Origin: an uncultured Eubacteriales bacterium
GTDB taxonomy: Bacteria; Bacillota; Clostridia; Christensenellales; UBA1242
NCBI GenBank assembly: GCA_948514155.1
Contig: CAOQYA010000002.1
Coordinates: 24,002 to 88,001, forward strand
Reading direction: 5' to 3'
DNA length: 64,000 nt
In this document: in pieces, positions 1 through 7,802 of the stretch
How the letters are laid out: every line of letters begins with the position of its first letter
Numbering within the stretch: the first letter of the stretch is position 1
Translations under genes and position numbers: made by a program
The notes under the pieces: model-generated
Databases searched by the model: none
The model's input: the letters and a program-made list of their open reading frames with translations, nothing else
What the model was told of the DNA's origin: nothing

Positions 1-20
1 GTTTTTTCTGTATACCTGGA

Positions 21-43
21 CTATTATGTCATAATACACACAA
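21..43 (+). repeat. Copy 1 of dispersed motif CTATTATGTCATAATACACACAA (palindromic core TATTATG-N-CATAATA)
   Basis: Read directly. Near-identical copies at 12041-12063 (+) and 25431-25450 (-). Confidence 0.7.
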
Positions 44-161
44 CATATTGAATTTATAGGGCTTTTCTACTGTATTAATAATAGTAGGTAAAAATGCCAA
101 ATTGTTTTTTTAATCATCCTTGTTCTATTTGAACGCTATCTAGTGATAACAAAAATAGCCT

Positions 162-188
162 AAAAAAGAGGGGCAGGCCCTCTTTTTT
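162..188. terminator. Bidirectional rho-independent terminator downstream of pepC
   Basis: Stem AGAGGG (167-172) / CCCTCT (178-183) flanked by an A-run and a T-run. Confidence 0.65.
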
Positions 189-224
189 ATTGCATTGTTT
201 TCGCATACATGCAAAGCAACAAAA

Positions 225-1550
225 TTAAATGCTGTCGCTGTAGCCGTATAAAATCGATTTTTTATTATTCAGTTTTAGGATATGCTCTGGGATAAATTTT
301 TTATGTATCCAAACATTAAACACGCATTTTTCAAAGAAATTATTGTTCATAACATAGTAGCCCGAAAACCCGTTTTCATCGCCTTTGCTGTCTTCAACTT
401 TCCACCTAATTGGATGCTTGTTTTCTACATGCACGCCTCTAAAGATCATCCAGTGTCTAATAATCGAGTCAAAACAATCCATGGCTTGCTGTTTGTTTAA
501 GTCCTCAATGTTCAGTATTTCTTTGAGGCCTAATAATCTTGTGTCTAAAACCTTGTTGTCGCTGGCACGATATTTTCTGTTGTCGCACGAGAAACAAACG
601 GGTAAGCCTGACTGCAACTGTTTCACGCATAAATCAGACACCGTGTCAATAGGCAGGTTGACGAATTGAGAGTCTGCTCGGTCAATAATGTTGCACTTAT
701 ATAACTTCCTGTATTTCTTAAAAAATGGTTTGCTGGTCTGTGGCACATTCCCAAGTAAAACAAAATCGTCAAGATTGATTGAGCAAAACTTTTGATAGAA
801 CTCAATTGGCGTGATGTTTCTGAGAGTGTGTTTTTTGCCGTCTTTGGAAAAATAAGAGAAATTGAAAGTTTTTGGTGGCTGACCAAATAGGGTGCTCAGC
901 AATACGTAGTTCTCTTCCAGCATGCGATTTTTTATTTCGTAAAGTTCCCGTTTTTTTTCTTTTTTTGCTGCGATAAGTTCGTATAGGTCGCAGCGAACTT
1001 TCTGTGAAAACGCTTTTATTAAGGTTTCGGAATTAACGCTGTCTGGTGTTTCCGGCATGACCTCATAGGGAACGAGTCCATATTTTTTTATCAGTTCGCG
1101 AGCATATTCCAGTCTGCCGTTTTCTCTAACTGGGTCTTTTAGATATTCGGCTAAAAACCTATCTTTCATTTTGACGATGTCAAGATTTGTTTTGTGCTCA
1201 ATGATTGTTTGATATGTGAAATTGGACTTTTCAAGTTTGTCATAAAATGATAAGAAATTAGCAGAGAGTTCAAAGTCTTTTAAATTCATGTCGAGATTAT
1301 GAGCAACGTCATTTTTAATCAAATTCAAACATGAGAATAGCCAACATCTTAAAGACGCTCGCTGATTATAAACTTTTCCTTCTTCAAGATCAATATTGAA
1401 TTCGAATTTGTTTTCATCAAAGATTTTTTTATTAAAGCAAACATCAACAATAGGGCGAGTTTTAAAACTATTTTCAAGTTTTGTGTTCCTAACATTGTCA
1501 TATTTTTCTCTAAAATTTTCTAGTTGTGCGCTAGTAATTTCTCTTTGCAT
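225..1550 (-). CDS. pepC: Aminopeptidase C / bleomycin-hydrolase-like cysteine peptidase (C1 family)
   Basis: Active-site context QRASLRCWLFSCLN and the overall PepC-like length. Start moved to ATG 1550 (MQREITS), which follows AGGAGA. The longer track ORF has no RBS. Confidence 0.8.
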   Translation of the reverse strand: MQREITSAQLENFREKYDNVRNTKLENSFKTRPIVDVCFNKKIFDENKFEFNIDLEEGKVYNQRASLRCWLFSCLNLIKNDVAHNLDMNLKDFELSANFLSFYDKLEKSNFTYQTIIEHKTNLDIVKMKDRFLAEYLKDPVRENGRLEYARELIKKYGLVPYEVMPETPDSVNSETLIKAFSQKVRCDLYELIAAKKEKKRELYEIKNRMLEENYVLLSTLFGQPPKTFNFSYFSKDGKKHTLRNITPIEFYQKFCSINLDDFVLLGNVPQTSKPFFKKYRKLYKCNIIDRADSQFVNLPIDTVSDLCVKQLQSGLPVCFSCDNRKYRASDNKVLDTRLLGLKEILNIEDLNKQQAMDCFDSIIRHWMIFRGVHVENKHPIRWKVEDSKGDENGFSGYYVMNNNFFEKCVFNVWIHKKFIPEHILKLNNKKSILYGYSDSI

Positions 1551-1558
1551 TGTCTCTC

Positions 1559-2104
1559 CTAAGTAAACAGATTTTTTATAAAAGTGTCTCCGTCGCAAAT
1601 GTGAATGGTCGAGTTGTGTGAGGTTTTCATGAAAGGTTTAAGCTTAAGTATTCTTTGAGTGATTTTTTGACCCTCTTTTGTGGAGCAGTCCGCCATGACC
1701 TCGATGATTTTGTGTTTAATTAAAATCGTTTGCATATGCTCTTTAGTTGCATTCAACAAGTTTCTCAACGTTTTAATGTTTCTATGTTGTTTGTCGATTA
1801 CTATAACTGGGAAGTAGATGTAATTGAAATATTTGTCGCCTCTTAGCTCCAAATCTTCAACCACGATTTCGCTTTCGTTCATTTTATTAAATTTCACTTT
1901 GTTATAGATTTCTTCTTTTAAAGACAAAATGTTTATGTATGCGATAACCTCGTCGCTCTCTTTTACGACAACACAGGAATTGGGGTTTGCAATATACCAC
2001 TTGTAAGATTCTTCAGCGGGTGCAATATTCTCGATAGGGAAATATTGTCGGTCGATTTGTTCCATTTTTTCAAAATCTTTAAATTCAAGTTTCATGACAT
2101 TCAA
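1559..2104 (-). CDS. Putative GNAT-like acetyltransferase (weak)
   Basis: 181 aa with a GNAT-like size and beta/alpha pattern, but a degenerate acetyl-CoA motif. AT-rich codon usage. Confidence 0.4.
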   Translation of the reverse strand: MNVMKLEFKDFEKMEQIDRQYFPIENIAPAEESYKWYIANPNSCVVVKESDEVIAYINILSLKEEIYNKVKFNKMNESEIVVEDLELRGDKYFNYIYFPVIVIDKQHRNIKTLRNLLNATKEHMQTILIKHKIIEVMADCSTKEGQKITQRILKLKPFMKTSHNSTIHICDGDTFIKNLFT

Positions 2105-2416
2105 CCTCTTTTGCTTAGAATTTCAGCTTCGCAGAGAGTCGTGGCAAAATGCTTTAGCATTTTTGTTTGGCCGCGAAAAGGGAAATTTCAAGCGTAAAGG
2201 CGCAGATTTTTGAGTCTACTCAAAAACAAGCAAAAGCGCAGAAATTTCCTGTGGTCGGAGTGGCGGGATTTGCTCCGCTGTGAAGTTTGCGCGAAGAGGC
2301 TTGTGCGGCTATCACGCCGGGGCGGGAAAAACTTGCGCACAGGCAACTTTTTCTGCCGCCCGTTCAAATCCACGTTTTCACTTTTATAATTTTCAACTTT
2401 TGCTTAGAATTTCCCA
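2105..2416. repeat. GC-rich structured intergenic element(s) with nested direct repeats, including a 21-nt copy of the tRNA-Pro 3' end
   Basis: TGGTCGGAGTGGCGGGATTTG at 2252-2272 equals 2417-2437. CTTTTGCTTAGAATTTC at 2108-2124 equals 2397-2413. Hairpins at 2139-2176, 2181-2249 and 2207-2226. Homologous to 19863-19990 in inverted orientation. Confidence 0.7.
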
Positions 2417-2492
2417 TGGTCGGAGTGGCGGGATTTGAACCCACGGCCTCTTGGTCCCGAACCAAGCGCGCTACCAACTGCGCTACACCCCG
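2417..2492 (-). tRNA. tRNA-Pro (anticodon CGG), CCA encoded
   Basis: The reverse complement reads CGGGGTGTAGCGCAGTTGGTAGCGCGCTTGGTTCGGGACCAAGAGGCCGTGGGTTCAAATCCCGCCACTCCGACCA. The cloverleaf arms pair and the anticodon loop is TTCGGGA. Confidence 0.9.
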
Positions 2493-2515
2493 TTGTTGAA
2501 GGCATGATATGCCTT

Positions 2516-3922
2516 CTATTGCATAAATACATCTTTGTCGCCGTGTTCAAGAAAAGTTATATAATGATTTATCTCTTTTTCACTGAAAGGCGCGAAATTA
2601 TTGTAATTGCAACAAACATTAAAACCTGCTTTTTTGATTGGCGAAAGTTCATGAATGTGCCCAAACAAGTTTATGCGCCCTTTCTTACAATTAGTAGGCT
2701 TGTGAGTTAAATACACACTTTTTTTAAGCAAGGGAGAGTTTAACTCTATGCCGCCTTTGACGACGTTCTTAAAGCCTAGTGACAAAAGTTTTTGTCTGAA
2801 AAGTTCAACATCTTTGCCTGCATCGCGCTCTTCGTAGTTGCCCATGATAAGCACAATTTTTCCATTAAGTTTTTTTACGAAGTTATAGTCGCCGAAATCG
2901 CCCATGTGATAGACTGTGTCGTTTTTGCCAACAACGCCATTCCAGCGCTTGACGAGTTCATAGTCCATTTGCTCGACGCTATCAAAAGGGGTTAGGGTGA
3001 AATTTAATTTTCTTTTGGATGAAAAGTGAGTGTCTGAAATAAAGAAGATATGCGTCTTTGATGCAAGGTCCAGTGCTTCAATTTTGGAGACAAAATCAAG
3101 CCAAATCTCTGTTCGGCAATTTGTTTCATAGACATATTTTATCATTTGCTCTTGGCTTACTTTTGGCTGCTCTTTTAAAATTTCGTTTACAGGCAAAACT
3201 TTTTCTTTAAACCATTCTTTATGCAGAAGATATGCAATCGGGGCAAGGTCTTGCACAATTTTGATGCCGCGGCTAGGAATGAGAAACTGAGAATTTTTAA
3301 GTGTTTGATAGAGATATCTGCCCACTTTATTCACGCAAAGATGTGCACGGGCTTCATATATGCTGGTTACAATTTGCTTAACTGAAGAACTTGGAATGAT
3401 GGTGAAATTAACTCCGCTTTTAGCCACGATTTCAAATGCGCGCTTGTCTTTTGAGTAGTTAAAATCAGTGAATTTGTCATTAAAAATATGCTGGGTGCCT
3501 AGAAAAACCACATCCAATTTTTTTGCGATTTTTGGCTCCTTAAGAAGAGCGGAAGCAAGATTTGTAAGAGGCGCGATTGCAATAAAAGTTGTGTGCTTGT
3601 TTTTCTTGGCAATTCTGATTATTTCTTCGCTTGCCGGCGAGGATAATCCTCCTTCTGCGGGAAGAAAATCTGTGCTGCCGCGCTTGATTATGCTGAAATC
3701 TTTTTTATCAAATTTCATAAAAATGCGCTTTGCTTCCAGTTCGGCGTCTATCATTGCGTCTTTCAGTGAAAGCCTTTTAAAATTGGCAGAAAAAGGGGCA
3801 AGGCTTACAAGTTCAAGATTGATTTCAGGAGTTGATAAAACATAGGCAAGGGCGAATGCGTCGTCAACATCGTTGCAAAGGTCTGTGTCGATAATTGCAT
3901 TTATCGTGCGTTTCATATTCAA
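2516..3922 (-). CDS. Fusion protein: N-terminal inosine/uridine-preferring nucleoside hydrolase domain plus C-terminal calcineurin-like metallophosphoesterase domain
   Basis: N-terminus has DTDLCNDVDDAFALAYVL and IAPLTNLA (IUNH signatures). C-terminus has FFISDTHF, GDFGDY, GNYEE and GHIHE (metallophosphoesterase motifs). Confidence 0.75.
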   Translation of the reverse strand: MNMKRTINAIIDTDLCNDVDDAFALAYVLSTPEINLELVSLAPFSANFKRLSLKDAMIDAELEAKRIFMKFDKKDFSIIKRGSTDFLPAEGGLSSPASEEIIRIAKKNKHTTFIAIAPLTNLASALLKEPKIAKKLDVVFLGTQHIFNDKFTDFNYSKDKRAFEIVAKSGVNFTIIPSSSVKQIVTSIYEARAHLCVNKVGRYLYQTLKNSQFLIPSRGIKIVQDLAPIAYLLHKEWFKEKVLPVNEILKEQPKVSQEQMIKYVYETNCRTEIWLDFVSKIEALDLASKTHIFFISDTHFSSKRKLNFTLTPFDSVEQMDYELVKRWNGVVGKNDTVYHMGDFGDYNFVKKLNGKIVLIMGNYEERDAGKDVELFRQKLLSLGFKNVVKGGIELNSPLLKKSVYLTHKPTNCKKGRINLFGHIHELSPIKKAGFNVCCNYNNFAPFSEKEINHYITFLEHGDKDVFMQ

Positions 3923-4017
3923 GATTTTAGTCTAAAATGCAGTTGTTGTCAAATAAAATGATAAAAACCTTTGAAAAAAAATATATTTATGTTAGAATAG
4001 ACTAACATGGAGGGAAA

Positions 4018-4839
4018 ATGATAAAAATTATTGTAGACTCAACCGCTTACATCCCTAAAGAGTTTATAGAGGAAAACGATATTGCAGTGGTGCCACTGCG
4101 CGTGTTATATTTAGATAAAGAGTTTGAGGAGGGTCTCCCGGGCTCTTTTGACGAGTTTTTTGCTTCTTTCACAAAAACAAAAATCTTCCCAAAAACATCG
4201 CAGCCGTCGCCTGAGGCGTTTATCGCCGCATACAACAAGGTGATAGACGAGGGCAACGAGGCGATTGTGTTCACAATTTCTGCCTCGCTTTCGGGAACAA
4301 ACTCTGTTGCAAATCTTTCTCGCGAAAGTTGCAAAGACCCAAGTAAAATAACCGTTATGGACTCTAAGTCGACCGGCCAAAACATTTGGGGCTACTGCAT
4401 GGAAGTGATTGAAAAGGCAAAAGAAGGCTGGAGTAGGGCGCAGATTGTCGAATACATTGAAACCTTGCAAGTGAACAGCCAAATTTGTTTTGTGCCAGAT
4501 AGTCTCGATTATCTTAAGAATGGCGGACGCATTGGCAAAGTGAGTGCTGTTCTTGGCTCGCTTTTGCAAATTAAGCCAATTTTAACTTTTAAGCAGGGAA
4601 CACTGCTTTGCGCAAAGAAGGTCTTTGGCGTGGCGAAGGCAATCACAGAACTTATCACAATGATACCAAAAAATGTGAAGCGTCTTTTCGCCATTCACAT
4701 TGCGAACACTAAATATTTTGATATGCTTCATGAAAAAATGAAAGAGTCTTTCCCTGATGCAACAATATATGAGGGTGAACTTGGTCCTGTTGTGGCTGCG
4801 CATATCGGTCCGGCAATCGGAGTTTGCTATATATGTTAA
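4018..4839 (+). CDS. DegV family fatty-acid-binding protein
   Basis: MIKIIVDSTAYIP... and a DegV-like profile throughout. RBS GGAGGG lies upstream. Confidence 0.85.
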   Translation: MIKIIVDSTAYIPKEFIEENDIAVVPLRVLYLDKEFEEGLPGSFDEFFASFTKTKIFPKTSQPSPEAFIAAYNKVIDEGNEAIVFTISASLSGTNSVANLSRESCKDPSKITVMDSKSTGQNIWGYCMEVIEKAKEGWSRAQIVEYIETLQVNSQICFVPDSLDYLKNGGRIGKVSAVLGSLLQIKPILTFKQGTLLCAKKVFGVAKAITELITMIPKNVKRLFAIHIANTKYFDMLHEKMKESFPDATIYEGELGPVVAAHIGPAIGVCYIC

Positions 4840-5540
4840 GAAAACTCGCTTTAGTCGTTGGCGCGACGGGTGATATTGGAAAAGTTGTAGCCGAAAAGTT
4901 ATCACTAAATGGCTACAATCTTCTTTTATGTGGGCATGTAGGCAAATTTTCGCTAGATAACATTTGCACCGAGCATAGGGAAATGCGCTTTGATATATCT
5001 TCGCCAAAAGAAGTTGAAGAGACCTTTGACCATATCAAAGCTTCTGCTTCCCAAGTTGACCTCGTTGTTAATTGTGCCGGAATTGCGGAAAAAGAAGGGA
5101 TGCTTATCGACCGCGCGGACGAAGAGATTGAAAGGGTGATATCTGTTAATTTGAACGGAACAATCTTTGTTAACAAACATGCTCCGTCAGTTCTCAAAAA
5201 AGGCGGATGCATTATTAACATCTCCTCATTTTTGGGAGTTCAAGGCTGCAGTTGTGAAGCCGTGTATGCTGCGTCAAAAGGTGGGATAATCACTCTTACA
5301 AAGTCGCTCGCAAAAGAATATGCGCCAATGGGAATAAGAGTTAATTGCATCAGCCCGGGCTACATAAACACAAAAATGAACGCCGAGTTCTCGGAAGAGG
5401 AAAAAGCGTGGCTTGTCAAAAAAACTCCGCTCTCAAGAATGGGTGAGCCTGTCGATGTTGCAGAGGTAGTTTTGTTTCTTGCAGAGAACTCGTATATCAC
5501 AGGTGAAAATCTTGTTGTCAGCGGCGGACTGCTTATTTAG
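4824..5540 (+). CDS. SDR family oxidoreductase (FabG-like)
   Basis: Motifs VVGATGDIG (Rossmann), NISS and YAASKGG (catalytic Y-x3-K). Confidence 0.8.
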   Translation: MLYMLRKLALVVGATGDIGKVVAEKLSLNGYNLLLCGHVGKFSLDNICTEHREMRFDISSPKEVEETFDHIKASASQVDLVVNCAGIAEKEGMLIDRADEEIERVISVNLNGTIFVNKHAPSVLKKGGCIINISSFLGVQGCSCEAVYAASKGGIITLTKSLAKEYAPMGIRVNCISPGYINTKMNAEFSEEEKAWLVKKTPLSRMGEPVDVAEVVLFLAENSYITGENLVVSGGLLI

Positions 5541-5578
5541 CGAGTATTCTTTCATAAAACGCACAATATATTGGCAAA

Positions 5579-5601
5579 AGCAGCAAATTCGCTGCTTTTT
5601 T
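5579..5601 (+). terminator. Rho-independent terminator after the SDR gene
   Basis: AGCAGC-aaattc-GCTGCT followed by a T-run. Confidence 0.65.
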
Positions 5602-5711
5602 CATATATTTTTGATAATAACTTGCATTCGGCATAAAAGGCTTCTTTTCGCTAAAAGAGGCTGTTTTTTTTGATTTTACATGCTTTAAAATTGTGTGCAA
5701 GGAGGCAAAGC

Positions 5712-6020
5712 GTGAAACTTAAATCAAGAATATATAATGGCAGTTTGTATGTGCTTTTGTGTGGTGAACTTGACACCTGCTCGGCCGGTTATGTAAGAGA
5801 AGAACTGGACAAAGTCTTTGGAAGCGGCATTTTTAAGCAAGTTATCATTGACCTGTCTGAACTGCAGTTTATGGACTCGACGGGTATAGGAGTGCTTATC
5901 GGTCGATATAAAAAACTAAAGGACAGGGAAATTCCAATTTTTATCTGCAATCCGTCTTCACAAGCCGAAAAAATATTTAAATTGTCGGGGCTGTATGAAC
6001 TTATGCCCAAAATTGTTTAG
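5712..6020 (+). CDS. spoIIAA: Anti-sigma-F factor antagonist SpoIIAA (STAS domain)
   Basis: STAS motif FMDSTGIGVLIG and a position upstream of spoIIAB-sigF. GTG at 5712 follows AAGGAGG (5699-5705). Confidence 0.85.
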   Translation: MKLKSRIYNGSLYVLLCGELDTCSAGYVREELDKVFGSGIFKQVIIDLSELQFMDSTGIGVLIGRYKKLKDREIPIFICNPSSQAEKIFKLSGLYELMPKIV

Positions 6021-6028
6021 GAGGAAAA

Positions 6029-6508
6029 ATGAAAAAGAATAATGAAAATTATTTTGAAATGAAGATAAAAGCGCTGCCTGAAAATGTGCCTTTTGTGCGC
6101 TCTGCGATTGCCACTTTTGCTTTGCCGCTTGGGCCGACGCTTGACGATATTCAAGATTTAAAGACCGCTGTTTCGGAGGCATTCACGAATGCTGTTGAAC
6201 ACGCTTATCCCGAAAAGTGGGGAGATTGCGAGGTTGATATCAATGTTTCGCTTGATAAATTAACGAATAAGATTTCGGTCGTTATCGGCGACCACGGCGT
6301 GGGCATCAAAAACTTTGATAAGGCACGCGAACCCTTCTTTTCGACCGCAGATAATCTTGAGGAGCACAGCGGCATGGGCTTTACAATCATGGAGACTTTT
6401 ATGGACTCTCTCATGCTTGAGAATAACGAAAATAAAGGCGTGAAACTGACCATGACCAAAACGATTGGGAACTCTAAATCTTGCGCACAAGCCGAGCGCT
6501 CGTGTTAG
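6029..6508 (+). CDS. spoIIAB: Anti-sigma-F factor SpoIIAB (serine protein kinase)
   Basis: HATPase-like motifs EAFTNAVEHAY, DHGVGI and GMGFTIM, plus operon context. Confidence 0.9.
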   Translation: MKKNNENYFEMKIKALPENVPFVRSAIATFALPLGPTLDDIQDLKTAVSEAFTNAVEHAYPEKWGDCEVDINVSLDKLTNKISVVIGDHGVGIKNFDKAREPFFSTADNLEEHSGMGFTIMETFMDSLMLENNENKGVKLTMTKTIGNSKSCAQAERSC

Positions 6509-7224
6509 ACTCGGAAAAGGTTAGAGAGCTGGTCAAAGAGGCGCAAGCGGGCAGCGAAGAGGCAAAGAGTGCGCTGATTGCCGAAAATTCGCCGCTAATA
6601 AAAAGCATAATAAAAAGATTTCAGGGCAAAGGTCTTGAATATGACGACCTCTATCAACTTGGCTGTCTTGGCTTTGTTAAAGCCATAAAAAACTTCAATC
6701 CCGACTTTAATGTCAAGTTTTCAACATATGTTGTGCCTATGGTGATTGGAGAAATTAAACGATATATGCGTGACGACGGAGCAATCAAGGTCTCTCGCGC
6801 AATCAAAACGCTAAATCTTAAAATCAACAAATTTGTTGACTCTTATTACATGGAGAAAAAAGAAAAGCCGTCGGTGGCAGAAATTGCAAAGCATTTTTCG
6901 GTGGACGAGGGCGATGTTGTTATGGCAATGGACTCTGCGCGCATGCCAGTTTCGCTATATGCGCCGTTTGAGGAGGGCGAGAGTGACAGTCTGCTTGTGA
7001 TTGACAGGGTGGACAGCGAGCATAACGACGACAGCCTTCTCGATAAAATCACCATTCGCCAAATGCTGCGCGACCTTTCTAAACGCGACCGCACAATAAT
7101 TCTGATGCGATATTTCTACGATAAAACGCAGAGTGAAATCGCGTCGATGCTTAAAATCTCTCAAGTGCAAGTCTCCCGACTTGAAAATCGCATCCTCGAC
7201 GGCTTAAAGAAGAAACTTTCATAA
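6502..7224 (+). CDS. sigF: Sporulation sigma factor SigF
   Basis: Sigma-70 regions 2-4 (DLYQLGCLGFVKAIKNFN, the YVVPMVIGEIKRYMRD region, SQSEIASMLKISQVQVSRLE). GTG 6502 overlaps the spoIIAB stop. TTG 6481 is an alternative start. Confidence 0.9.
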   Translation: MLDSEKVRELVKEAQAGSEEAKSALIAENSPLIKSIIKRFQGKGLEYDDLYQLGCLGFVKAIKNFNPDFNVKFSTYVVPMVIGEIKRYMRDDGAIKVSRAIKTLNLKINKFVDSYYMEKKEKPSVAEIAKHFSVDEGDVVMAMDSARMPVSLYAPFEEGESDSLLVIDRVDSEHNDDSLLDKITIRQMLRDLSKRDRTIILMRYFYDKTQSEIASMLKISQVQVSRLENRILDGLKKKLS

Positions 7225-7240
7225 ACAGATAAAAAAGAAA

Positions 7241-7261
7241 AGCCCCGTGAGGGGCTTTTTC
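7241..7261. terminator. Bidirectional terminator between sigF and a convergent membrane-protein gene
   Basis: AGCCCC-gtga-GGGGCT flanked by A and T runs. Confidence 0.75.
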
Positions 7262-7269
7262 TATTCAAT

Positions 7270-7680
7270 CTAAAACACTTTAAGAAGTAGCAGTGCGGCA
7301 ATAATTGCGCCGACAAATGAGACTATCAAGATTGCGAGCGCCACCCAGCCGATTGGCTTTTTGTTGAGGCGCAGTTGATAGACGGTTGAGATAAGCGCCG
7401 ATACAAAGCCGTTGCAAAGCGCCGTGAAGGTGATAACAGCAAGCAGCACAATGAAAACCCAAGCAACTATGGCGTTAAGGCTATCGGCGTTCATTGCATT
7501 GGAGCAGGCAAAGATGCCCCAAACTGAAAGTGCAATAACAATTGCACTGAAAATGGAGGAAATGATTGACCTTACTCCGAAATAAATCGATTTTTCTTTT
7601 CTTTCTGGGTCTTTGGCGATTGTGTCATATCTAAATCTAAGATTAGCCCAAAAATTGAGCACTTTAAATATTCCTTTCAT
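7270..7680 (-). CDS. Hypothetical integral membrane protein (about 4 TM)
   Basis: Hydrophobic segments throughout. No recognisable family. Confidence 0.5.
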   Translation of the reverse strand: MKGIFKVLNFWANLRFRYDTIAKDPERKEKSIYFGVRSIISSIFSAIVIALSVWGIFACSNAMNADSLNAIVAWVFIVLLAVITFTALCNGFVSALISTVYQLRLNKKPIGWVALAILIVSFVGAIIAALLLLKVF

Positions 7681-7773
7681 ATTTTTTCTCCCTTAATTTC
7701 AGTGTAACAGAAAAATCTGATATAAACAAACGATTTTCAAAAATTAAAATGTTTGTTTTTTAAGAATATTAGC

Positions 7774-7801
7774 AAAAAAGCCCCATGCGGGCTTTTTTTT
7801 G
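7774..7801. terminator. Bidirectional terminator downstream of the lipoprotein gene
   Basis: AGCCC-catgc-GGGCT with flanking A and T runs. Confidence 0.6.
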
Positions 7802-7802
7802 T

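Noticed and set aside
1551-1598. N-terminal extensions proposed by the ORF track (pepC 1551-1598, lipoprotein 9207-9329, rny 34503-34568, tgt 36796-36837, TIM-barrel 56868-56909, ylxR 62310-62369, spoVAC 9265-9318)
   Set aside because: In each case an internal ATG, GTG or TTG with a proper Shine-Dalgarno sequence coincides with the conserved N-terminus of the family. The extension has no RBS or runs into a neighbouring feature.
2188-2499. Small ORFs inside the GC-rich elements: 2188-2373, 2287-2499, 19804-20004, 19807-20022, 41779-41979, 50838-51137 and 50957-51142
   Set aside because: Their translations share no similarity between element copies even though the DNA does. They are Arg/Pro/Ala-rich as expected from GC-rich non-coding sequence, one overlaps the tRNA, and none has an RBS.
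5637-5670. Hairpin GGCTTCTTTT-cgct-AAAAGAGGCT plus T-run immediately upstream of spoIIAA, considered as a second terminator
   Set aside because: A terminator 40 nt before the spoIIA start would leave no room for the operon promoter. The stem needs two G-U pairs. Its role (attenuator versus promoter-overlapping structure) cannot be decided from sequence alone, so it is not annotated.
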